Positions 25,566-36,179 of a stretch of 39,430 nt of DNA are shown in pieces. The position numbers and the translations under genes are program-made. Within the stretch, counting starts at the first letter, position 1. Every line of letters starts with the position of its first letter. The stretch is taken from NCBI RefSeq assembly GCF_004010195.1, contig NC_057718.1:84631156-84670585 (forward strand), in the 5' to 3' direction. Under the pieces are notes generated by a model. It was not told the DNA's origin. It did not search any database and saw nothing but the letters and a program-made list of their open reading frames with translations. This stretch comes from Chiloscyllium plagiosum. Lineage: Eukaryota.

Positions 25566-26147
25566 TAAATATGTTAGAAGGAAACTTTAATATTTTGATA
25601 CATTGAAGGTCATGATTCCAATTTCAGAAAGTAAACTGCATTGAGATATATTCCAACATACTAATATTTACTCTAGTTTGGTAAGTTATTTTGGCCTGGT
25701 TTTGATTCTCTTGCAAACTATCTCTAATTCACCTAACTTTAGCTAACCAAGAGCTGCAACCTCATTACTAATGAGTTTCTATTCTCCTCCTTTCTCCTAA
25801 TCCAACAAAAACCCCTAACTTCAGTTTTCAGTAAAATCAGTGCTGATTCATGTTTACCAGCATCTAATAGATCAGTCCTCCATGTTGACATTAACTCAAC
25901 ATATTTATATTCAATAGATTTAGGAATACAGATGTTCAAAGTAAATGCCAGCAAGGTGAGTGTGTCTGCCTCATTCAATGCCTCCATTCCAGGTGAGAAG
26001 GACTCAGCAAAACCTGTTGTTTACTGACTCAAACTTCTGGTATCTACAAATGTATTTGCAGATGTATTGCATCTGTTTTCAGCCAGAACTTCAAAGCCCG
26101 AATCTATGCTAACTTTCTGATTACAATTTATTTTTGCCCTCTTGTAG

Positions 26148-26204
26148 CTTTTCACAGAGTATGGCCGACTAGCAATGGAGGAAGTGTATCAAAAGCCCTT
26201 CCAG
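26148..26204 (+). CDS. ATL2: Atlastin-2 coding exon (exon 6)
   Basis: cttgtag| ... CAG|gtttgt; 57 nt; [19 protein letters not shown]. Confidence 0.96.
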
Positions 26205-26437
26205 GTTTGTGTATTTAATGAAGATTTTGGTATTGTGGTTACCTTATATGTATGTTAGGTGTGAAGTTGTTTCATGATTGTATTCCTTCGGAGGTCTAGA
26301 ACTTTTACATTGGTACTCAAAACCTTGTAATGAAAATAACCTGTTTATTTCTTAAATAGCTGAGCAATTTTTAAGATAATTAAATTCAGCCTTGTTAATA
26401 AACTTATAGATCTCAAATATCATACAGGAATAGCAAA

Positions 26438-26895
26438 TTCTTCAGTATGTGGATGTACCTACTAGAGGAGGTGCAAAACTTGACCTACTCTTGGGAAATA
26501 AGGCAGGGCAGGTGACTGAGGTGTCAGTGGGGGAGCACTTTGGGCCAGCAACCGTAATTCTATTAGATTTAAAATAGTGATGGAAAAGGATAGACCAGAT
26601 CTAAAAGTTGAAGTTCTAAATTTGAGAAAGGCCAATTTTGATGGTATTAGGCAAGAACTTTTGAAAGCTGATTGGGGGCAGATGTTCGCAGGTAAAGGGA
26701 CAGCTGGAAAATGGGAAGCCTTCAGAAATGAGATAACTAGAATCCAGAGAAAGTATATTCCTGTCAGGGTGAAAGGAAAGGCTGGTAGGTATAGGGAATG
26801 CTGGATGACTAAAGAAATTGAGGGTTTGGTTAAGAAAAAGGAGGAAGCATATGTCAGATATAGACAGGATAGATCGAGTGAATCCTTAGAATATC
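26438..26895 (+). mobile_element. CR1 LINE endonuclease/linker fragment
   Basis: PTRGGAKLDLLLGN..GQV..VSVGEHFG and RKANFDGIRQEL...WMTKEIEGLVKKKEEAY. Confidence 0.9.
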
Positions 26896-26896
26896 A

Positions 26897-27022
26897 AGGG
26901 AGGAAACCCACGCAGACACTGGGAGAATGTGCAAACTCCACACAGTTGCCGAGGCTGGAATTGAACCTGGGACCCTGGTGCTGTGAGGCAGCAGTGCTAA
27001 CCACTGAGCCACCATACCACCC
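26897..27022 (-). mobile_element. HE1-like V-SINE 5' fragment
   Basis: Near-identical to 32087-32211 (tRNA head and part of V domain). Confidence 0.85.
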
Positions 27023-27025
27023 AAA

Positions 27026-27460
27026 TTACAAGGATGTTGCCAGGGTTGGAAGATTTGAGTTATAAGGAGAGGCTAACAGGCTGGGGCTGTTTTCCCTGGA
27101 GCGTCGGAGGCTGACAGGTGACCTTAGAGGTTTACAAAAGTATGAGGGGCATGGATAGGGTAAATAGGCAAAGTCTTTTCCCTGGGGTCTGGGGTGAGAA
27201 GAGAAATATATAAAAGAGACCTAAGGGGCAACTTTTTCTCACACAGTGGTACATGTGTGGAATGAACTGCCACAGGAAGTGGCGGAGACTAGTAGAATTG
27301 TAACATTTGAAAGGCATTTGGATACATGAATAGGAAGGGTTTGGAGGGATATGGGCTGGGGTGCTGGCAGGTTGGACTAGATTGGGTTGGGATATTTGGT
27401 CAGCATGGACGGGTTGGACCGAAGGGTGTGTTCCTATGCTGTACATCTCTATGACTCTAA
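27026..27460 (+). mobile_element. CR1 LINE 3' end
   Basis: ttacaaggatgttgccaggg...ctgtacatctctatgactcta. Confidence 0.9.
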
Positions 27461-27617
27461 ATGTTGGCAGAACAAATGCTTGAATTTTTTCTCAAAACCA
27501 GCAAGCCCAATATTATTTTTGTTTGGAATGCAGCTAAAATCTAATTTAGACTAGGATTAATAATGTAATTGGCTGATTGGTCCAACTTTCAGAGGTATCC
27601 GGATATTTATTACATAA

Positions 27618-27760
27618 AACCATGAAGTATAAGAGCAGTATTAGGCCAATCGGCCCATTAAGTCTGCTCCACCACTCGATCATGACTGGTATGTTTCTTA
27701 ACCCCATTCACCTGCCTTCTCCCTGTAATGCTTGATTCCCTTACTAATCAAGAACCTATC
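27618..27760 (-). mobile_element. CR1 3' UTR fragment
   Basis: Homologous to 6722-6860 and 35878-36020. Confidence 0.75.
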
Positions 27761-27889
27761 ATTCATGGAGGAGAATGTGTTTAACAATGATTTGTATTAA
27801 GAACAGAAATTGTAATATTTACAATTGTGAAATGTTGAGTTTTCTAGCATATAGTTGGCCTAGCATGCATTATTAACTTGTCAATTAGA

Positions 27890-28035
27890 CGATCATGGGC
27901 TCTTATTTCACTGGGACTTGAGCATTTGATCTTAGCTGATACTTCAGTACAGTACTGATCGAGTGCTCTGATGTTGAATGGTCCTACTTACCTGTTCAAA
28001 TGATATTAAAGATTTTTTTAGCACCATTCAAATCT
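27890..28035 (+). mobile_element. Possible ancient DeuSINE (SacSINE1-like) relic
   Basis: gggacttgagca...agctgatacttcagtacagtactga..gagtgct...taaagatt resembles DeuSINE consensus as recalled; highly diverged. Confidence 0.4.
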
Positions 28036-28166
28036 GGCAAGACAGCTCTTTCATGGGTAGACATTGAGATATTCTGATGGGAAAAGCTGTGTATGCAAGT
28101 GCAGACTCTTTTTTTCAGTTGCAGAAAATTAATGTAAGTGAAGCTAATAATGTTCTTTCTATGTAG

Positions 28167-28259
28167 ACTCTTATGTTTTTAATAAGAGATTGGAGTTATC
28201 CCTATGAACATCCATATGGATTGGAAGGAGGGAGGAGCTTCTTAGAAAAACGGTTGGAG
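28167..28259 (+). CDS. ATL2: Atlastin-2 coding exon (exon 7)
   Basis: atgtag| ... GAG|gtaaga; 93 nt; [31 protein letters not shown] with the atlastin/GBP G4 'RD' motif. Confidence 0.96.
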
Positions 28260-28597
28260 GTAAGATTTTAAATGTTATCCTTTGTCTTACGTCAGCAGAA
28301 GAAACAGGTCACCTGTTAAAATGTAGCGAGGTGACCTGTTATTGTTGGTTTGACGTACCTGTTAGAAATGAAAAACGTGTTGTTCCATTTAAATTTTTAA
28401 TTTTTGAAGATAAGACTTGGTGTCTGGTCAATGTTTTTAATATTTTCGGATCTTGTTGGAAGTGTTTGGGAGAAAAGTACTCCAAGAAAACAATAATTGC
28501 CTCAGTTGACAATGCCACCACGTTGTTCCTATTCTTTAACCAGTAAAAACTCTACTACAGTTCTCTAACTTCACTTGACTATTGTTTCGTTCCTTAG

Positions 28598-28736
28598 ATA
28601 AAACAAAATCAGCATGAAGAGCTACAAAATGTGAGGAAACACATTCATTCCTGTTTTGCCAAAATCACTTGTTTCCTAATGCCACATCCAGGTCTGAAAG
28701 TTGCCACAAATCCTAGTTTTGATGGAAGATTAAAAG
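28598..28736 (+). CDS. ATL2: Atlastin-2 coding exon (exon 8)
   Basis: ccttag| ... AAAG|gtattt; 139 nt, ends in phase 1; [46 protein letters not shown]. Confidence 0.96.
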
Positions 28737-29580
28737 GTATTTGAATGCTACCTGAAGTCGTGTGCATATACTTGCTGGATGATAAATTCTGTTTGTTGAG
28801 ATGACCAGTTTGTTGTGGTAGATGTTTGACCTCTCGAATTCTGGTTTGCATATTCATTTTTAAAAAAAGTACAAATCAGAAGTTTGTAATATTTTCTGAC
28901 ATTTTAAGATTCTTAAGTAGGATTTTTGTTTACTGTCAAAACTTGCATACATTTATTTTTTAACATTGAACCTCATTTTAGTTGCCTTAATAGTGTGAAT
29001 ATATGACAGGATTCCCCTGAGTTACTGACCACTATGTTCTCATTCTTGTATTGTCCTTTAAATTTAATGTTGCCTTGTCTTACTGACAGATTTTTAGTTG
29101 TTCGTGGGCTGTGGGCATCACTGGCTAGGCCGTCATATTGTGCCCCCCTGATTTTCCCACTGAAGTGGAGTTGCTTGTTGAATAGTCAGGGTGCTTGGTT
29201 GTACATACCTCCGTAATGTTGTTAGAAAGGGATTTCCATGATTTTGACTCCCCAACAGTGAAGGGACAGCAACATAATTCCAAGTCAGGATGGTGTCTGG
29301 CTTGGAGGGACCTTTTGGAAAGTTGTTTCCTTGAGCCTGATGCCCTTGTCTTTCTAGATGGCTAAGATGTGATTTGGAAAGTTCTGTTGACGGAGCCTTG
29401 GTAAGTTATTGCAGTGTGTCTTGCAGATGGTATGCTGCCACTGTGTTGATGCAGGGAGTAAATGTTGAAAGTAGTGATCGTGCACTAGTCATGCAGGCTG
29501 TTTTATTCTGCATTGTGTCCAGCATCTCAAATGTTGTTAGAACTGCACTCGCTGTGGTAAGTGGAGAGTATTCCATTATA

Positions 29581-30201
29581 GGAGAAAGTGAGGTTTGCTG
29601 ATGCTGGAGATCAGAGCTGAAAATGTGTTGCTGGAAAAGTGCAGCAGGTCAGGCAGCATCCAGGGAACAGGAGAATCGACGTTTCGGGCATAAGCCCTTC
29701 TTCAGGAATGAGGAAAGTTTGTCCAGCAGGCTAAGATAAAAGGTAGGAAGGAGGGACTTGGGGGAGGGGCGTCAGAAATGTGATAGGTGGAAAGAGGTGG
29801 TGGAGTGGGAGGGGGAGTTGAAGTGTTGAGCCACATGGTGGTTGGGTTGGTTGGTCCGGGTGTCCCAGAGGTGTTCTGTGAAACGCTCCGCAAGTAGGGG
29901 GGCTGTCTCCCCAATATAGAGGAGGCCACATCGGGTGCAGAGGATGCAATAGATGATATGTGTGGAGGTGCAGGTGAATCTGTGGCGGATATGGAAGTTT
30001 CCTTTGGGGCCTTGGAGGGAGGTGAGGGGGGAGATGTGGGCGGACGTCTTGCACCTCGTGCGGTTGCAGGAGAAGGTGCCGGAAGTGGAGGTTGGGTTGG
30101 TGGGGGGTGTGGATCTGACGAGGGAGTCACGGAGGGAGTGGTCTTTACGGAATGCTGATAGGGGAGGGGAGGGAAATGGAATACAGCAACACATTTTCAG
30201 C
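29581..30201 (-). mobile_element. Penelope-like element (Neptune-type), GIY-YIG fragment + terminal repeat, 14-bp TSD
   Basis: ORF 29772-30194: CNRTRCKT(S) linker, IYCILCTRCGLLYIGET...RFTEH...VAQHFNSPSHS; TSD agtattccattata at 29567-29580 and 30202-30215. Confidence 0.93.
29674..29709 (-). ncRNA. Minimal type I hammerhead ribozyme motif, intact core
   Basis: Reverse strand attc-CTGAAGA-a-gggc ttat gccc-GAAA-cGTC-gatt; palindromic ACGT in place of stem III as in PLE hammerheads. Confidence 0.7.
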
Positions 30202-30640
30202 AGTATTCCATTATACTCATGCTTTATTCTTTGTAGATGGTAATACCCAACTTCTCACTTGATTTTATAGCCACACTATTCATGTGGCTGGTCCAGTCAG
30301 TTTCTGTTCAATGGTAGTTCCCCTGGGATGTTTGTAGTACAGGATGCAGTGAAGACAATGCTGAATGTCAAGAGGCAATGGTTAGATTCTCTGTAGGGAT
30401 GATCATTACCCAGTATTTGTGCAGCGCAGATGTTACTTGCCACTTAGCAGCCCAAGCCTGAATTTTGTCCAGGTCTTATGCATGCACATTGACTGTTTCA
30501 GTATTTCATTAATGCTGAATATTGTAGAATCATTAGTGAACATTCCCAGTTCTGACTTCTTATGATAGAGGGAAAGTCATTAATAAGCAGCTCAAGATGA
30601 TTGGGTTTCAGATACTACCTTGAACCCTGCAATGATGTCC

Positions 30641-31217
30641 TTTCTCGCAGAGCACTTTAGGGAACATCTCTGGGACACCCGCACCAATCAACCCCACCGT
30701 CCCGTGGGCCAACATTTCAATTCCCCCTCCCACTCTGTCGAGGGCATGCAGGTCCAGGGCCGCCGCCTCCGCTGCACCCTCACCATCCGACCCTGGAGGA
30801 AGAACGCCTCATCTTCCGACTCAGAACACTTCAACCCCAGAGCATCAATGTGGACTTCACCTGTTCCCTCATTTCCCCTCCCCCCACCTTACCCCAGATC
30901 CAACCTTCTAGCTCAGCACCATCCTCATGACCTGTCCTATCTGCCAATCTTCCTTCTCTCACCTATCCGCTCCACCCGCCTCTGACCTGTCACCTTCATC
31001 CTCACCTCCATACACCTGTTGTACCCTCTTCCCAGCCCCACTCCCCTCCCATTTATCTCTCCACCTCGGAGGCTCCCGACCTTCATTCCCACTGAAGGGC
31101 TTTTGCCCAAAATGTATATTTTTCTGCTTCTCAGATGCTGGGTGACCTGCTGTGCTTTTCCAGCACCACTCTAATCTAGACTCTGGTCTCCAGCATCTGC
31201 AGTCCTCACTTTTGTCT
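30641..31217 (+). mobile_element. Penelope-like element 3' end (GIY-YIG C-terminus + terminal repeat)
   Basis: LAEHFREHLWDTRTNQPHRPVGQHFNSPSHS (30620-30985); terminal repeat ending ctccagcatctgcagtcctcacttt. Confidence 0.88.
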
Positions 31218-31920
31218 AGGATGATTAACTACCACCAGCTGCAACTATCTTTCTTTATGTTAGGTGTGATGCCACCCAGTGGAGAATTTTCTTTTCTAGA
31301 TGCTCATTGGCTGTATTTTGCTCAGGCTCTTGTGGTTCAGTTGTTGATCAAATGCTAACTTGATGTCATAAAATTATAGAACACATCAAAAACTGTCACT
31401 CTTTTGTCATCCCTAATGTTTAACTCCTCTTCATATTCGGACCAAGGCTGTGATCAGGTCAGGAACTGAGTGACCCTGATGGACTCCAAGTAGGAAGCAG
31501 ATTATTCCTTTGCATTGTGCTGCTTGAAAGCACTGCCAGTGACCATTTCCATAGGTCTGTTGATGTAAAATGTCAGGTATTGAGTTTGAACTTCAAATAA
31601 TCTGACAGTTCAAAATATTACGTCTAAAAGTGATTTGCAGTCCATTTTTGTGCAGAGCATGAGAATCTCAATTTCTAAGATTCTAAAGTATTCATCTCCC
31701 TTCCAGTATTACAGCTTATTTTTAACTTGGGAGTTCTAGTCTTGCATGTGTTGAGGTCTAACAAAGTTCTATCTACTCGGGTGATGATGGGAGACAAAAT
31801 GATTGATATTTTTATTGCCATTATGGTCATGCTATCCACTGACAGCTTTTGCATTTCCCCAAAAAAAAGTTGATCGCTCATCCAGTCTTTTTGGCCTGAA
31901 GAAATGGCAGAAACTACATG

Positions 31921-32211
31921 AATTAGATTAGATTACTTGGTGTGGAAACAGGCCCTTCGGCCCAACAAGCCCACACCGACTCGCCGAAGAGCAACCCACC
32001 TAGACCCATTCCCCTACATCTAACACGGGCAATTTAGCGTGGTCAATTCACCTAACCTGCGCATTTTTGGAAACCGGAGCACCCGGAAGAAACCCACGCA
32101 GACACTGGGAGAATGTGCAAACTCCACACACAGTCACACAAGGTGGGAATTGAACCTGGGTCTCTGGCGCTGAGAGGCAGCAGTGCTAACCGCTGTGCCA
32201 CCGTGCCGCCC
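31921..32211 (-). mobile_element. HE1-like V-SINE, near full length
   Basis: Reverse strand gggcggcacggtggcacagcggttagcac (A box), ggttcaattccc (B box), V domain, (taatc)n tail. Confidence 0.9.
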
Positions 32212-32615
32212 ATAATTATTAAAGGATCAACTCCTTGCAGTTGCATAAAACACAGACATATAAGTTACAGGGCAAAATGCAACTATTTCTGCACTCTAGT
32301 GGAGAACTAGGGTTTGGCAACTTGGTGAGGGAGGAATAGCATTGAACTTGACAGAAGAATTGAGAGGAAAATAACCGAGCTATGGAATATTGACTTTGGC
32401 ATCAGAACAACGCAAATTCTTGCGCTAATCCTGGAGCCAAAAACTGGTGACAAAGTCCTTGAGAAGGAAACTGAGTCAGTGTCATTATCTGTGCTTTGAT
32501 TGGTTCTGACGTTGCTTCCCATACTTGCCTTCACCCTTTAAATAGTCAGGCAGCTTTAAACCTCCACCCAATGCCCGTAAGAGCTTCTGGTCTTTGCGGG
32601 AGCGTAAGCCAAACC

Positions 32616-32854
32616 TAGCAGGAGCAAAAGATGTCTACACCAAAGCCATGGAGATGGTATGCAACTATTTTTCTCTGAAAATGGCCTTTTTTTTTTTGAT
32701 ACAGTGCAATGCTCTGTTTTTGTATAGTGTTGATTCTGTATCTTGTACTGTGTCTATCTCAATTCCATGGCTATAATTTCTGATATGATACTAACCACAT
32801 TTCAAGTTGGAGGAAGGAAGTTCTTTAATATTTTTGCCTGTATTATGCAAAGTT
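32616..32854 (+). repeat. 239-bp direct duplicate of 35063-35301 (last 41 nt of ATL2 exon 11, its donor site and 198 nt of intron 11)
   Basis: Base-by-base reading shows identity from tagcaggagcaaaagatg to tattatgcaaagtt, including the same T11 run. Confidence 0.95.
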
Positions 32855-33653
32855 GAATACATTCTTTCTGCTTCTCTCCATCTGGTTATAGTTAAATATA
32901 GGGTAGAAGCTCCCCAACCTCCCCAGAATTTCTAGCCTTGACTAGAGAGTAGCTAGAATTTTTTGTATTCCCAAATTTCTCTTCCATAGATGTACCTACT
33001 TAATTGCAAGTGAAAGATTGAGAAAGTTCAATTCCTCACAGCAGTCCTTTTGTTGTTTTAGCAAGGAGCTCTTAACTGAATTGTCTTTACATGTAGATTA
33101 AGATTTGAAAGGAAGAACATCAAAAAAGGATCAGATAACTTCATTCAAATGTAGTTATTGTAAAAAGATCTGAAATGCACAAGGAAATTTGTTCATGATA
33201 TGTAGTCAACCAGAATAGTTTTGGTACTAAACAAAACTTTTAATTAACTACTGGCATCCTATACACAAATAGAAAATGCAGTAAGGCAGTACAATATATG
33301 TAGAGGAACATAAATAGCCCTACAGGCCTATGATGACTTATCGGCCCTTTTCTGATTCTGTTTTTGGTTTCCAGTATTCACTGTATTCTGTTGATTTGAT
33401 CATTACACTGTACATGGATATTAAAACATATGGATTTATGTTGCACCTTTTATATCATTTTAGTGTGATGGACCAACTTTTTAATAGTTATTTGCATTGA
33501 ATTTTGGGGTGTGACAGTCTAATTTGTCAAAATCTTGGATTCTATTTAAAAGTTTATTGCACCTACTCGGGTGAAAACTGCAAGATGATATGTTTACATT
33601 CGGAATAGTTTTTGTAATTTATGATTTGCAGACTTAGTATTTTATCCCTATAG

Positions 33654-33781
33654 ATATTGATGATGACTTCAAGATAGGGCTCCATGATGTCGTGCCATTT
33701 CTACTGTCTCCTGAAAATTTAGTAGAAAAGGAAATTGGAGGGTCCAAAGTGACTTGTCGAGACCTTCTGGAATATTTCAAG
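33654..33781 (+). CDS. ATL2: Atlastin-2 coding exon (exon 9)
   Basis: cctatag| ... AAG|gtagga; 128 nt, starts in phase 1; (D)[42 protein letters not shown]. Confidence 0.96.
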
Positions 33782-33895
33782 GTAGGAAAAGTAAATAGTC
33801 ACTTTTTTTTAAAAAAGCTTTTTGTTGCAGTTCTTTAATTCAGAAGGCTCTGTTAACATATTAACGATCCAGGAATTTGTTTCTGTGTACTTCAG

Positions 33896-33952
33896 GCTTA
33901 CATCAAAATTTACCAAGGAGAGGAACTACCTCATCCAAAATCTATGCTACAG
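33896..33952 (+). CDS. ATL2: Atlastin-2 coding exon (exon 10)
   Basis: cttcag| ... CAG|gtactt; 57 nt; AYIKIYQGEELPHPKSMLQ (GTPase-3HB linker). Confidence 0.96.
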
Positions 33953-34269
33953 GTACTTTTTAAAAAAATCTCTTTCTTAAAAATATATCATCTTGGTACT
34001 GATATGATCAAGAAAAGTATTCACACAAATTCTCTTTGAATGTGGTTTAGAGAGGGAATCAAGAGTAACATTGACAAAACTTCGACTCTCAAATATTGAT
34101 CCTTTTGACATAAGTGTTCCAGATTCCTCCAAAACCCAGTTAATATTGCTGTTGCAAGATATTGAAGAAGTCTGCTCAATGGTTACTGGTGATCGTAATG
34201 GTTATGTCCATCCATCTATCTCAAAGATTGGTTTTTGGAAAGTGGGAAGAGTGAGGATTATTCGCTGTT

Positions 34270-34961
34270 TGCTTTGACACTGGGCAAACCCTCCTGCTTA
34301 AACCAGCAACACAGAAAAGATTTATCCCATGCAGTAATCTGTGAAGCCAAGAACTATTTAAAGTAAAAATTAACCACTTTATTTCTTAAGGTATAACAGA
34401 GAATAACTAACTAACAACTATTCATAACTCCTTTCCCTAACCTACCTTTACCTTCCCTTCTATAATACTAGTCTGATAAAAACCCCCCGATTAAGATTTA
34501 CCAAAATTTCGAAGTTTTAAAAACCAGCCTGCTGTCGAATCTTCTATTAGGATCTTCCTGTGTCGTCTTTGCTTTACTGATCACAGATCGATATAGGTAC
34601 CTTTTTTAAGAGAGCTATTCTCTGGGCAGTCTGCAGATGTAGTTCTCTGGCTTGGCAGTTCTTCTCCCAGCTGTTCAATTTTCCTCAGTCTTCTACCCCC
34701 AAAGCATTGGATTGTGTCATTGGCTTTTCAGATTGTCAATATACTAAATTCAAACCTGATTGGAGTTTGGTATTTTTTTGGGGGTATAATTTAAACTGAT
34801 TGGCCTAATTCAAATCTGTTTTGACGTTTCCAGGCAACCAGCTACCCTAGCTACCGAACCACGTGTTACATTATATCTTGTTCAGAACACTTGGTGCTGT
34901 CAGGTAGTTCTGCTAGTTTTTAACTCTCTTAAAGGTACAGTACTCCCACATCTTCATAACA
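34270..34961 (-). mobile_element. Probable solo LTR in intron 10
   Basis: tgctttgac...tcataaca ends (imperfect inverted TG/CA); reverse-strand AATAAA ~34378; no clear TSD. Confidence 0.45.
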
Positions 34962-35031
34962 AGTGTGAAAATTATCCTCTGGCAAAAGGTTTCTATGATA
35001 ATGATTAATTAAAATAGTAATTCTTTTACAG

Positions 35032-35103
35032 GCAACAGCTGAAGCCAACAATCTAGCTGCTGTAGCAGGAGCAAAAGATGTCTACACCAAAGCCATGGAG
35101 ATG
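35032..35103 (+). CDS. ATL2: Atlastin-2 coding exon (exon 11)
   Basis: ttttacag| ... ATG|gtatgc; 72 nt; [24 protein letters not shown] (start of three-helix bundle). Confidence 0.96.
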
Positions 35104-35297
35104 GTATGCAACTATTTTTCTCTGAAAATGGCCTTTTTTTTTTTGATACAGTGCAATGCTCTGTTTTTGTATAGTGTTGATTCTGTATCTTGTACTGTGT
35201 CTATCTCAATTCCATGGCTATAATTTCTGATATGATACTAACCACATTTCAAGTTGGAGGAAGGAAGTTCTTTAATATTTTTGCCTGTATTATGCAA

Positions 35298-35665
35298 AGT
35301 TAAAAGTTTCACAACACCAGGTTATAGTCTCATCAGGTTTATTTGAAAGCACTAACTTTTGGAGTGCTGCTCCTTCATGTAACTAGTGGGGCAGGTACAC
35401 ATAACACAGAATTTATAAGTAATAGATCAAAGTGTCGTACAACTGATGCGTTGTATTAGACAAACTTAGATGGCTACGTCTTTAATCACTTACAATGGGG
35501 ATGCAAGTTTTGATTGATCAAGATGTAAATTCCAGAGTTTTTCATGTCACAGCCCTGAGATAGCTTGAGGTTTTATCAGTAGATAAAACAAGGTGACATC
35601 TCAGCTCAGATAATGCCTTAAAGGTGTGAGGTTAGAGTCTGGAGTCAGACTGGTTTTATTATTCA
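35298..35665 (-). mobile_element. Second PLE-like family terminal region with degenerate hammerhead
   Basis: Homologous to 17005-17058; reverse strand atga-a-ggag cagca ctcc-aaaa-gtta at 35352-35378; right boundary uncertain. Confidence 0.55.
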
Positions 35666-36179
35666 AGAATAAAGTGAAGTGAGTTTTGAGCATTTTTATC
35701 TATCAATGATAATGGGCAATCTATATAACATCCTAATTTTTGATCTGTTGTTTAACTAATCAGTTTAATTTGACTTTGTTTTTAACATACTAACAAATTA
35801 ATTAACACTTATTTTTCTAACTTAATACACTACAAGTTCCTATATATAAAACTGCTACATATATCCAGTTAATAAAACCATGAGACATGGGAGAAGAACT
35901 AGGCCATTCAGCCCAAGTCTGCTCCAACATTCAATGAGATCATGGTTGATTTGATAATCCTGAGTGCCACCTTCTGCCTGATCCTTGGATCATAACCTTG
36001 GATTTCTTTACTGATTAAAAACCTGGTTGTCTTAGCCTTGTATGTACTTAATGCCCTAGCCCCAGCCACAACAGACCTTTGTGTTAAAGAATTGCACAGA
36101 TTCACACCCTCTGAAGAAATTGCTCCCCCCTATCTTAAATATGTAATCCCTTATCCTGAGATTGTGCCCTCTGGTTCTA

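Larger units (their letters stand above)
29100..31565 (-). mobile_element. Second-family LINE 3' portion hosting two PLE insertions
   Basis: Segments 29100-29580, 30216-30640 and 31220-31565 are collinear with 18320-19550. Confidence 0.8.

Noticed and set aside
26577..27065. 162-aa ORF
   Set aside because: Chance fusion of a CR1 linker, an antisense SINE head and a CR1 3' fragment.
32140..32211. tRNA-like A/B boxes (also ~19640-19695 and 26950-27022)
   Set aside because: These are SINE heads followed by V-domain sequence, not tRNA genes.
32594..32776. 60-aa ORF containing [13 protein letters not shown] as a separate atlastin paralogue
   Set aside because: It is the duplicated exon-11 fragment plus intron, with a non-ATG start; treated as a duplication.
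12177..35103. Assignment to ATL1 or ATL3
   Set aside because: Residues [51 protein letters not shown] and GSKVTCRDL match ATL2 as I recall the paralogues; a phylogeny would confirm.
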